From: Ostrea edulis
Lineage: Eukaryota
Length of the DNA stretch: 64,000 nucleotides
NCBI RefSeq assembly: GCF_947568905.1
Contig: NC_079166.1
Span: 88,474,001 to 88,538,000 of the forward strand
Direction: 5' to 3'
Within the stretch, counting starts at the first letter, position 1. Each line of letters begins with the position of its first letter. The position numbers were made by a program, and so were the translations under genes. Under the pieces are notes generated by a model. That model saw only the letters and a list, made by a program, of their open reading frames with translations. It was not told the DNA's origin and made no database searches. This document shows, in pieces, positions 1 through 11,500 of the stretch.

Positions 1-845
1 TTTATAGGAGTTATGAGATTGATAATTGTTCGTTATCTTCACCTTTATAGGAGTTATGAGATTGATCACTGTTCGTTATCTTCACCTTTATAGGAGTTAT
101 GAGATTGATCATTGTTCGTTATCTTCACCTCTATAGGAATTATGAGATTGATCACTGTTCATTATCTTCACCTTTATAGGAGTTATGAGATTGATCGCTG
201 TTCGTTATCTTCACCTCTATAAGAGTTATGAGATTGATCACTGTTCGTTATCTTCACCTTTATAGGAGTTATGAGATTGATCATTGTTCGTTATCTTCAC
301 CTCTATAGGAGTTATGAGATTGATCACTGTTCATTATCTTCACCTTTATAGGAGTTATGAGATTGTTCACTATTATATTCACCTTTATAGGAGTTATGAG
401 ATTGATCACTGTTCGTTATCTTCACCTCTATAAGAGTTATGAGATTGATCACTGTTCGTTATCTTCACCTTTATAGGAGTTATGAGATTGATCATTGTTC
501 GTTATCTTCACCTCTATAGGAGTTATGAGATTGATCACTGTTCATTATCTTCACCTTTATAGGAGTTATGAGATTGTTCACTATTATATTCACCTTTATA
601 GGAGTTATGAGATTGATCACTGTTCGTTATCTTCACCTCTATAAGAGTTATGAGATTGATCACTGTTATATTCACCTTTATAGGAGTTATGAGATTGATC
701 ATTGTTCGTTATCTTCACCTCTATAGGAGTTATGAGATTGATCACTGTTCATTATCTTCACCTTTATAAGAGTTATGAGATTGTTCACTATTATATTCAC
801 CTTTATAGGAGTTAGGAGATTGATCACTGTTTATCATATTCACCT
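1..845 (+). repeat. 43-bp tandem satellite (about 20 units) identical to the 3' terminus of the Penelope-like element
   Basis: Unit TTTATAGGAGTTATGAGATTGATCACTGTTCGTTATCTTCACC with 39-bp variants. The same sequence ends the retroelement copies at about 6015-6057, 8085-8127 and 24113-24155 (-). The array is truncated by the window start. Confidence 0.95.
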
Positions 846-2481
846 TTAATGAGTGCACATTGTTTAGATGTTGATTCTGGAGATTACATAATGATACATG
901 CCGATGTTTACGGTTTTAAAAGGTGTATATAATAATCAAAGAAGCACAGGGAGTGACTATAGACCATCAGCTGCAACAATAGTCACATGATCAGTCAATA
1001 TATAACAGAATAGTCACATGATCAGTCAATATATAACAGAATAAAGTCATACTTACGTGTCATTTCAGTCTCTTCACAGGAAGTCCCCATCTCATTGGAT
1101 GAAGGAAAATTGATTGTAATTTAAATGAAATAAAATTCTGATCGAATTCTTTTTTTTTAAATTTGTTTTTATCAGACAAAAAGCATTGGGTGAAATCTCT
1201 CACCTTGAATTTAAGAATTAGTGGGAGAAAAAACTTAGTTGCACTGTTAACTGATATTTTCGGAAGAACCTCAGACAAATTTGAAGGTAATTGATTGGAT
1301 AAAAGTTAATCACATGACGCCCTGAAGTTTTTATAGTATGCTTCCGTATGGTGGATATAATCACTTGACGCCCTAAAGTTTTGATACGCCGTTTCCGTTC
1401 AGAGAGTTTGGCAACTCTGACGTCCCTTATGAAATTTGGACACTCCGAAATTTCAATACACTGTTTCCGTGCAAGGTTATATTGGTCTGACAGACCGTAG
1501 CTTTCAATGTGTGTTTGCATTCAGATTCAACGTACATGATAACGCGCTTTATTCAATTTGTATACATACGCCGTTGCAGTTCTGATACTACATCATATTT
1601 TTTTTTTTAAATCATTGCTTATATTTACATTTTAAAAACTTTTTTAATGTGGCCATTGTTTATCTATATTTTAAATTCCCCGCCTAATTCTTTGGGTGAG
1701 TAGCGATTAACGGAACAGCCAAGGAACAGCAAAATGTGATGGCACAACTTAAAAGAAAGGCGTGCGGAATTCTGTAAAAAAAAAAAAAAGTAATAGTCCA
1801 ATTCTTGAATTATTTTTCAATTTTAATGTCATAACCATCAAATTATCAACAAAGTTGTACAATGTGTGAACTGGGTTTAAACAGTTTATATATTTTTTAA
1901 TTTATTTTTAAAACTGTAAACAGCGTAGGTATGGTTACTGTTGGTGTTAGTCGGTCATGTTGTCACTTCGAGAAAATGAATTAGAATCACTAAAAGAAGA
2001 ATTGCTGAAAAATCCGCACATGGATTGATTTGTTGGGTTTGTTTGGCTGTATTAACTACATTTATAGAGGTATCAACTTCTCATGCATAGAATGAAGTGG
2101 TCTTGTGTTATCTGACACGGGAATGAAAACAATTAAAGCTTTGTTTTCATTCTGTACACGTGCGACCGAGCGCAGGAACTGGTAATTTTGTATAATGATA
2201 GTAGGGGCTTACACCATACCACCTCCTTATAAGGGGTAATAATAATTTTATTAAGATTTTATTAAGAAGTGGTTTTGTATAGACCCGTACTATTATTATC
2301 ACAAAATCACCAATTCTTGTGGTCGAGATGCTGGATGCAAATGACATGCTAGACAGTGTTCATACGCCTAACAGATCTATAGTTATTCCGCCTTTGCAGT
2401 TATAAGCAAATATCCTTCAAGACTCTCTAATACATTTTATTACAGGATTAAATAGTAAATATAAATATATAAACATGTCAC

Positions 2482-2484
<3 letters not shown>

Positions 2485-2540
<56 letters not shown>
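2485..2540 (+). repeat. (AG)n microsatellite
   Basis: Uninterrupted AG dinucleotide run. Confidence 0.98.
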
Positions 2541-2544
<4 letters not shown>

Positions 2545-2649
2545 GACATAACTACTTATATCGTTCAACATACATGTAACTACATACATGTATGTAAGAT
2601 CAGATGCGATTACATTGTTTATTCACTCAGTCTAAAAATTACATGATAA

Positions 2650-2775
2650 TACAGTGCTATGGTTAAATACAGTGCTTTGGTTAAATACAGTGCTATGGTT
2701 ACATACAGTGTTATGGTTACATACAGTGCTATGGTTAAATACAGTGCTATGGTTAAATACAGTGCTATGGTTATG
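2650..2775 (+). repeat. 18-bp minisatellite (about 7 units)
   Basis: ACAGTGCTATGGTTAAAT repeated; explains ORF 2619-2834. Confidence 0.92.
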
Positions 2776-3299
2776 ATGTGAAGCATGAGACTTGTAGATT
2801 GAATATCACCTATGTACAGAAGAAAATAGGTCACGTTTTACCAGTCAATATATACATATATACAATAAAAGAAAGTCACACTTACCTTTATTTCAGTCTC
2901 TTCGTTGGAGGTTCCAATCCCATCGGATAAAAGAAAGTTACTTGCTATTCAATTGAAATAAAATATTCTGACTGAGTTCTTTATGTATTTGTTTCTAGCA
3001 TGATACAAGTATATCAAACAATTTAAGAAGAATGGAAGGGGTAGGGAATGAAACTATACTAGTGTCACTTTGGTATTGGATGATGAATGCACAGCAACAA
3101 AACATAGGATAAAGTCATCGTTTGGTTTATTTGACTGTTTTATAAACAGATTTAGCGTAACTGAGAGAAAACAAAACCTAAAACCTAAGGGGAATTTGAG
3201 CATTTGTGAACGCTTTAATACCCGATACTTTCCGAAGAATTTATGCTAATGAACTGCATTGCAATCTGAATATTTGATACATTATTTGAATATTTAAAA

Positions 3300-3592
3300 T
3301 AAAATTAAATAAATATTTATTCGGTATATACATAAATACAAATATACATACATAGATACCAAGGATAACCCATGAAAGCTCGAAAGCTTATTTCCAAGGG
3401 GGTCCTTTGATTCACGGATGTTTGCGCTAGGGGGTCATTTATGTGGGAGGAAACCGGAGTACCCGGAGGAAACCCACGTGTCCGAGCGACCGCCATACCC
3501 TCTCACATACAACCACTGCCAATCACGGGGATCGAACTCGGGTCACAGCGGTGAGAAGCGAAAGCGCTACCTCTGCGCTACCCGGACACCCA
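3300..3592 (-). mobile_element. tRNA-derived SINE with V-domain-like core
   Basis: Minus strand has a tRNA-like head (TAGCGCAGAGG, GTTCGATCC), then GGGTTTCCTCCGGGTACTCCGGTTTCCTCCCAC (V-SINE-type core) and an AT-rich tail. A second copy lies at 22812-23092. Confidence 0.85.
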
Positions 3593-3599
3593 CTGATAC

Positions 3600-4260
3600 A
3601 TTATCAGTGATATTTTTGTGGACATAGGTTAGCATGCAGTTGTGTAGGATCTGTTGTCTCATGGTACTGTGGAAATACTCTTTGATTCTGCGCAGTGATG
3701 AGAAGACATTTTAGCTTTCGCTGTAGTCACTGAAATAGTCAGATAGAATTTCAGGAGTTTGACGACATCCGAGAGGAGCCTCCTTGTAACCTCATCCTTG
3801 GCCATGGACTGACTAATCGAATTTACAGATTTCATCTCCTTTATATTCCTCCCTGTATCCTCGGTAAAATGTCCGGAAGCATTTTAAGTTGGATAGTTAA
3901 CAACTAATCTGTGATCCTTGTAGAGATCATATACTACATATGGTAACTCGGTAAATTATCATTTGCAGCTTGGAGATGTTTTGACACTGTCCATGTTATG
4001 CTGTCGAATTCTTGCTTCTAGTCCACCCTGAAACAGTATTGCTGTCAATAGTAAGCCTTTGGTGTCTCATATCTGTAAGGTGCAGATACCTCATTCGAAT
4101 TCCTAGGTACCTATTGATATCATAGAAGTTATGGTTCTTCTCTGAGATCCTTTGCTTCTTCACAAACTGCGGCATAGAATATGTAAAATGAAACTTCACT
4201 TCTTGTGGGGTTGCGTTTGATGCGTCGTAAGCATTTTCAACGGATGCGTTCTTGCCTTGG
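3600..4260 (-). mobile_element. Degenerate hAT-superfamily transposase remnant (C-terminal dimerisation region)
   Basis: Hand translation across frameshifts and stops gives SAPYRYETPKAYY*QQY ... VVKLLKFYLTISVTTA / SSLRRIKEYFHSTMRQQILHNCMLTYVHKNITD, matching the hAT dimerisation consensus (TxAxxERSFSxLRRIKTYLRSTM). It abuts the SINE at about 3595. Confidence 0.75.
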
Positions 4261-4267
4261 ATTGATA

Positions 4268-4400
4268 TATTGACAAGGTGAAGATAATCAACAGTGATCA
4301 ATCTCATAACTCCTGTAAAGGTGAAGATAACGAACAATTGTCAATCTCATAACTCCTATAAAGGTGAAGATAACAAACAGTGATCAATCTCATAACTCCT
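4268..4400 (-). repeat. Three tandem copies of the 43-bp Penelope-like 3' terminal unit
   Basis: AAGGTGAAGATAAC(G/A)AACAGTGATCAATCTCATAACTCCT x3, the reverse complement of the unit at 1-845. Confidence 0.9.
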
Positions 4401-4894
4401 GTTACTGTAACTGCATAGTTTTGTCATTTCAACGTAGAAGGAACCTGAATGCATTCGTAAATACGCAATCAATAAGTTTTATTTAAAATGCATGATTAAA
4501 ACAGACGGTGATAAGCATTTGTTGTCGTAGGTTTATTACATGCTGCAGGTTTTTTTTGGCAAGATTTTAATAAAGATATCAATACTATGGTACAAACAAT
4601 TAGGATAGTAAAAATTTAAATGAGTATAAAACAGCTTTAAAATACAGCTTGTGTTTTACAAAAAAAATTCTGTGTGATACCACGTGCTACTTTTACAGCA
4701 TTTCTTGGATCTGCGTATTTCTCACTACAATTTTGGCGTAAATAAGTCCAACTAAGTTGTCGCACTGGACGTACTGATAGAAGTTTGGTACAGTGTCAAC
4801 GCCTGCAACGAGACGGCACATCTATTTGTAAGTTCTTATCCTAAAGACCAACGTCACTGAATTAGTTCTCTAGTCTCTGGCGAAGTAATATTTC

Positions 4895-5220
4895 AACAGT
4901 CTCGTTCAAAGTCAGCATTTCGCAAATTGTATGGTCGATATAACTATACAACTTGTCTATGAATTAAATGATGTTTGATGTGTTTCATACCAATTCTTAT
5001 GCCCTTCTTTACACACCGATTTTGACAAAGTATTATTCCGTTTATCTGTTCAAGATATAGGGCTCAAGGCGGGTGTGACCGGTCGACAGGGGATGCTTAC
5101 TCCTCTGAGCACCTGGTCCCATCTCTAGTATATCCAGGGGTCCGTGTTTGCCCAACTCTCTATTTTGTATTCCTTTTAGGAGTTATGACATTGATCACTG
5201 ATCGTTATCTTTACCTTTCC
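4895..5220 (+). mobile_element. Penelope-like element (Naiad-type) 3' fragment
   Basis: End of RT thumb (QQSRSKSAFRKLYGRY-like) plus the conserved 3' region GGGCTCA.GGCGGGTGTGACCGGTCGACAGGGGATGCTTACTCCT...GTTATCTTTACCTTTC. Confidence 0.85.
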
Positions 5221-5344
5221 ATCATTACTTGCTTATCCTTACGGTGTATGTTTGACGTGACCAAGGTTCAAGCGGGACTCGAACTCACAACCTCCCGATC
5301 ACATGATGGTTGTCATTTTTATGAATTTTCGTCTTAGGTTATCT

Positions 5345-6058
5345 CCTTCTGTTACCACAAAATATTCCAGAATATGTAACATGTACTAATTAAAGTTTCA
5401 CGTTTAATGGGATATATCGGATCCACATATGAATAAAAGTGAATATCGTTAATACAAAAAAAAACCGTCGTTGATATAACAATTTCGTCTGATGTAGAAG
5501 ATTTGTAACAAATTCTGATTCTTACAAATAACAGTATAGCTAATGAAGGAACACAATTCGTGCCCATAGGAATGCCAACAGAATCCCAGAAGACTTGATC
5601 GCCAAGGCAATGAGGAGCTCCAGTATCTATTGTTTGTATGCATATGATGAGAGATTCTGTATATGTTGAAGGTTTCTGTATTTGTTAAGGGTTCCGTGTA
5701 TTTAAGCTACTGACAAACAGCTTGATGGTACAGGGGTTTCAACAGTCGAGATTGAAGTCAGCATTTAGCAAATTTTATGGTCGTCAATATAACCTATCAT
5801 TGAGTCAAATGCTGTCTGACATGCTTCATACCGATTGTTAGGCCGTTCTTGCCACACTGATTTTGACTACGGAAAACTCCGTTTACCTGATCAGGATATA
5901 GGGCTCACGGCGGGTGTGACCGGTCGACAGGGGATGCTTACTCCTAGGCACCTGATCCCACCTCTGGTGTGTCCAGGGGTCCGTGTTTGCCCAACTAACT
6001 ATTTTGTATTGCTTATAGGAGTTATGAGATTGATTACTGTTCGTTATCTTCACCTTTC
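5345..6058. mobile_element. Penelope-like element with inverted RT segment (5345-5645 on -, 5690-6058 on +)
   Basis: Minus strand encodes GIPMGTNCVPSLA (RT motif B region); plus strand carries the thumb end and 3' terminus. Opposite-orientation arrangements are typical of PLE insertions. Confidence 0.8.
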
Positions 6059-6107
6059 ATTTAAAGGGTTAAGCAAGTGGTTGGGGGTTTTAATCTTTAC
6101 TGGAGCT

Positions 6108-6895
6108 CCTCATTAACAATATCTTCGTAGTCTTTGGTGATCATGTCTTCCAAGAGTACGAATTGTGTTCCTTTGTTAACTGAACTGTTTTTATATTCTT
6201 ATGAAGCAGAGTCTATTGAAAACCTTCTACGTGAGGAGAAATCATCTCTTGATATGACCATTTAGATCGACGACGTTTTATCTATTAACAATAATCATTT
6301 TCATTCATATGTCGATTCGATAAATCCCCGTAAACTCGAGATAAAAGACACCACAGGGTCCTCCACATCTGTTTTGTACTTATATATCTTATTGAAAAAT
6401 AATATTGGCGGCAAACTAACAAGTAAACTTTATGACAAATGGGATGATTTCAGTTCCCCATCGTCAACTTCCCATATCTATGTAGTAATATTCCATTATC
6501 ACCTGCATATGGTGTTTATATTTCTCAACTGATTCAATATGCAAGACCGTGTTCTGTGTAAGATCAGCTTTTAAATCGAGACAGGCTCCTGGCACACACT
6601 TTGATGGTACAAGGGTTTTATCAGTCTCGTTTAAAGTCAGAATTTCGCATATTCTATGGTCTTTATAATGAGTTTGTCAATACAACCTATCATTGGGTCA
6701 AATTCTGACTGACATGTTTCATACCGATTTTTAGGCCGTTCTTGGCACTCTAATTTTGACTACGGATTACTTTGTTTACATTATGAAGACATGGGGCACC
6801 TCTGGTGTCCAGGGGTCGGTGTTTCCCAACTCTTTATTTTGTATTCCTTATAGAAGTTATGAGATTGATTACTGTTCGTTTTCTCCACCTTTCAT
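6108..6895 (+). mobile_element. 5'-truncated Penelope-like RT fragment
   Basis: Degenerate LINNIFVVFGDHVFQ...FRSIDDVLSINN...YDKWDDF...SPAYGVYISQLIQYAR, followed by the 3' terminus. Confidence 0.88.
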
Positions 6896-7026
6896 ATGTG
6901 CAATGCTGTATACCACTCATCTATGAATTTGTGATGTACTAAGTATTTAAGCTATTATATACGTAAATCTATCATAGCATACCAACAATCTATGCATCTG
7001 TAATATACAATTGGTGTTGAAAGAAT

Positions 7027-8128
7027 CTAATATATGAAAGGCGAAGATAAGGAACAGTGATCAATCTCATAACTCCTATAAGCAATACAAATATCGTAAA
7101 TCTATAATAAATTTATATTCTACAAATGCAAAAATATATCAAACATCTCGGAGAATTGCTTTTCGCTATAATCGCAGAAATGAAAATCGTGAAATCATCA
7201 CTACATAGAAAATTTAATCTTTTACACTTCCTTAAGGTTTGTCAGCTGTTTCAATCGCGAAGCATTTCTCAAATCTACAACATCAAAACGTATGACTTTT
7301 CTACACTTTACACGACCATTCCTCACGAAAAGCTAAAGAATATACTTTTTGACATTATAGACAGTTGCTTATTCAACAAAAATGGAAAAGCAAATATTCA
7401 TATATAGTGATCAGTCATACAAAAAAATACTTTGTTAAATACCACTCTGATTCCACACACAGGTACTATGAAGCTGAAGTAAAAATACGCTAAAGTTCCG
7501 CATTGACAATATCTTTGTTAGAATCCCATGGCTACGAATTGTGCTACTTTGTTAGCTGATCTATTCATGTGAAGCAGAATTTATTCAAAAACTTCTACGT
7601 AAGAAGACAAAATCTCTTACTGTGGCCTTCAATATGACATTTAGATATATCGACGACGTTTTTTCCATTAAGAATGCTAATTTTCATTGATATGTCAATT
7701 CGATATACATGTATCCATGAGAACTCGAAATAAAAGACACCACAGAGTCGTGCATTTCTGCTTCATACTTAGATGTTTTATTGAAAATAAAGAAATGCGC
7801 ATTTGGTGCATCATATCAATGACAAACTAACAACTCAACTTTATGATAAACGGGATGATCTCAGGTTCTCCGTCGTCAACGTCCCATATTTATGTAACAT
7901 CATTGTTAGACTGTTCTTGGAACACTAATTTTGACTACGGATAACTCCATTTACCTGATCAAGATGTAGGCTCAAAGCTGTTTTGACCGGTCGACAGGGG
8001 ATGTTTACAACTCCTAGGCACCTGATCCCCCCTCTGGTATATCCAGGGGTCCTTGTTTGCCAAACTCTTTATTTTGTATTGCTTATTGGAGTTATGAGAT
8101 CGATCACTGTTCGTTATCTTCACCTTTC
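7027..8128 (+). mobile_element. Penelope-like RT fragment with an inverted 3'-terminus copy at its 5' end
   Basis: 7027-7090 is the element's 3' tip on the minus strand. The plus strand encodes NIKTYDFSTLYTTIPHEKLK (RT motif A, ORF 7126-7407), then FRYIDDV, YDKRDD and the 3' terminus ending at 8128. Confidence 0.9.
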
Positions 8129-8540
8129 AACTATTTCTCAATAAAAGCTCAAATCTTACAAATCGAATTGAAAACCTAATACATAATGGAATTTTAGAAA
8201 AAGCAAATCAATTATGAAGCATTATTGAGGAAGAAATGGTTGTTGTAGGTATTACAACGGGGTAAACGATTGGAGTATGGAATACTTTTATTGTCGGCAA
8301 GACCTTAACATCAGAGTGAAGTTAGGATAAAGATTTGCACTGAAAACGTGAAAATAGATTGATATTATATGATATCAACTGACCAATAAGATCACTCGGT
8401 GTGTTCCAGATCTAGACTTGTGTTCCATTGACATTTTTCACGTAATGGTGTAACTCTTCCACACACAGGAGATAAGACTACTTGGATTTAGTTCACCAAC
8501 GGTACTATCAGTGATCTGTCATCATAACGCAGCACTTACA

Positions 8541-11500
8541 ATGACGGCCCTGCCTATACTCTCACTCCTATCTGGTATGTGATCTTTACTATCCGTAAAT
8601 AAGGGTGTATCACTAATGTAAAATAACATTTGCTAAATATCCATCACGTGTACAAAATGGAAGACAGATATTCTGCTTCATTGTTGTTTGTTTGTTTTTT
8701 GTTTTGTTTTTTTTAGCAAAACTTTGAATCTACGATCATTCGTTATTGCAGATTATGCAGCTGACAAAAATAACAGTTTTAGTTGTGGTGGCCAAAAATT
8801 ATATTTACAATACTGAAATGGCATGGGATGAAACTGACACTAGAAAATGATTTTGTCTTATTAGTTAGTGTGAACTTCCTCCGGGTTTACGATATATGGC
8901 GATATTGTGTTATTCTCCGTTTGAATTGATGGCGAAATATGACGTTGACGTCATAATGCCCATCCATCCAATCACTTTGAGGAAAATAGCAGCCGTGGGT
9001 ATCCAATGACCGACAATCATGTGAAGTTATATGAAACCTGAAATTATCAGAATATTAGCAAAATATCACATGTCAGAATTCGATGTAGATATAAGCACCA
9101 TGTCACAGTTGTTATTTAAAAAGCGTATTGCACCGAGCGTTTTTTCCTTTTTCTGTTTTGGGTGAAACATAATTTTACATTACATTTAGCTCTGGACAGT
9201 GAGTCTAGTTAATTGTGATGTGGTTTGCGCATAATCTAATTCCACACTACATTTAACTCCTGACGGCAAGTTTCGGTAATTGTGGGGCGGTTTGAGCGGA
9301 GTCTAATTTTACACTTCTTTTCGCTCTGGACGGCGAGTCTCGGTACTTCTGACGTGATTTGGACGAAGTTGAATTTTACCCAACTTTTTACACTTGACAC
9401 CGAGATTTAAGGATTATAACGCGGTTTGGATGGAGTTTAATTTTACGGTACTATTTACTCTTGACGGCGAGTAAAGGTGATTGTAACGTGGTTTGGGCGG
9501 AGTCTAATTTTATACTACACTTACTCTTGACGCAATCGGAATTCCTCGAATGTCTCACGCACTCGACATCTTTGTCGAGTGCGCGAGACATTCGAAGAGA
9601 TCCGATTGACATTTGATGGCGCGTCTCGCTGATTATGACGTAGTTTGGGCGGATTGTAATTATACGCTACTTTTTACACTTGACAGCGAGTCTTGGTGAC
9701 TGTGACGTTGTTTGGGCGGAGTCTTATTTTACACGACGTCTTACTTCTGACAGCGATTCTGGATGATAGTCACATAGTTTGATGGAGTTTTTAATTTTAC
9801 GCTACTCTTTACTCTTGACAGTGATCTCGGTGATTGTCACGTGGTTTGGTCAAACTTTAATTTTATGTTACTTTTCAGATTTTACAGTGCATCTTGGTGA
9901 CTGTGGTTTGTTTTGGGCAGAGTCTAATTTTACTTTATTTTTCAGTGTTGATGGTAAGTCACATTGATTGTGACGTGTTTGGGGCGGAGTCTAATGTTAC
10001 GTTATTTTTGCAGTGACTACTCCTCGGTGATTAGGATGTGGACTAGGTTTAATTTTTCGTTACTTTTCAGTACTGGTGGTGTGTCTCGGTGATTGTGGTG
10101 TGGGCTGGGCGGAGTTTAATGGGGAATGCCTTTACTTCAGCCACGATAAACATACATGGGCGGACTCTGCAGTGAGCATTAAAACTACTGTGGAATCACT
10201 TAAATTCGTGGGGGCCAATGGAGATTTTTAATATTTTGACGGGATGAAATTTTGTGGAAATGGTGTCTGTACATCGAAAAAATGTATAAATTGTGTATTT
10301 CCTTGTGGTCTGAAATTCGTGTGATACGGGTACCCAAGAAATCCGCGAACATTGAGCCCCCAACGGAAGCAACATTGTATGACAGACTCTGATCTATCAT
10401 ATCATTGTGACGACACGAATGAACTACTATCAAATTTATGTCAAAGGTCAAGCATATGTAATGGTTTTCTTTTGAAGACGTGTGTCACATTTGATTGATT
10501 GATTGTATCTTGTTTAATGTCCCTCATATGAAGACGTATGAAATTAATGGGGAATTTATTTCATTTTTAAAAGATTTTCATGAAATTGTCCGATCTTAAA
10601 CAAAATAAGAATGAACTGTGATATGTGGACATCCTTTCGTTAATTGCATGGGAAGTTTAACTTATTAAATTTTTAAGAAAATAATATATTTCAACATGAA
10701 TATAATGCCTTTTCATTATGGTCTGAAAACTTTGCAGTTATTTTTCCTTCTTCTTTGAATGACAAGGACGTCACCTTAGCGATGGAAATCCCCTTAAAAA
10801 TCAGAATTTAAACATAAAATTCAACCAAATGTTTCATAAGGTTACTCAATACAGAAGAATTAAGTTACGTGTAAAACTTAAAAGTTAATGTCAGTAAGAT
10901 TCAGTGAGATTCAGTTTGTGTAAATTTCGTAAACTTGATGTGCTAAGAATATTTGTTCATTACAGGCAAAATGTCATGCATTTAACAAAAGCTACATGGT
11001 AACAGTAGACAACCAACAGAAAGCAGACTACATCAACATGCTCCTCAGTACCTACCATCGTAAGTCTGTAGGGATAAACGTGTCATCGTAAGTCTGTAGG
11101 GATAAACGTGTCATCGTAAGTCTGTAGGGATAAAAGTGACATTGTAAATATGTAGGGATAAAAGTGACATTGTAAATATGTATGGATAAAAGTGTCATTG
11201 TAAATATGTAGGGATAAAAGTGACATTGTAAATATGTAGGGATAAAAGTGACATTGTAAATATGTAGGGATAAACGTGTCATCGTAAGTCTGTAGGGATA
11301 AAAGTGACATTGTAAATATGTAGGGATAAAAGTGACATCGTAAGTCTGTAGGGATAAAAGTGACATTGTAAGTCTGTAGGGATAAAAGTGACACTGTAAG
11401 TCTGTAGGGATAAAAGTGACATTGTAAATATGTAGGGATAAAAGTGACATTGTAAATATGTAGGGATAAAAGTAACATTGTAAGTCTGTAGATATAAAAG

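Noticed and set aside
1218-1520. ORF with RVAKLSERKRRIK, superficially like a bHLH basic region
   Set aside because: There is no helix1 NxAF/LR or helix2 signature, the ORF contains a local about 50-bp duplication, and it has no splice support.
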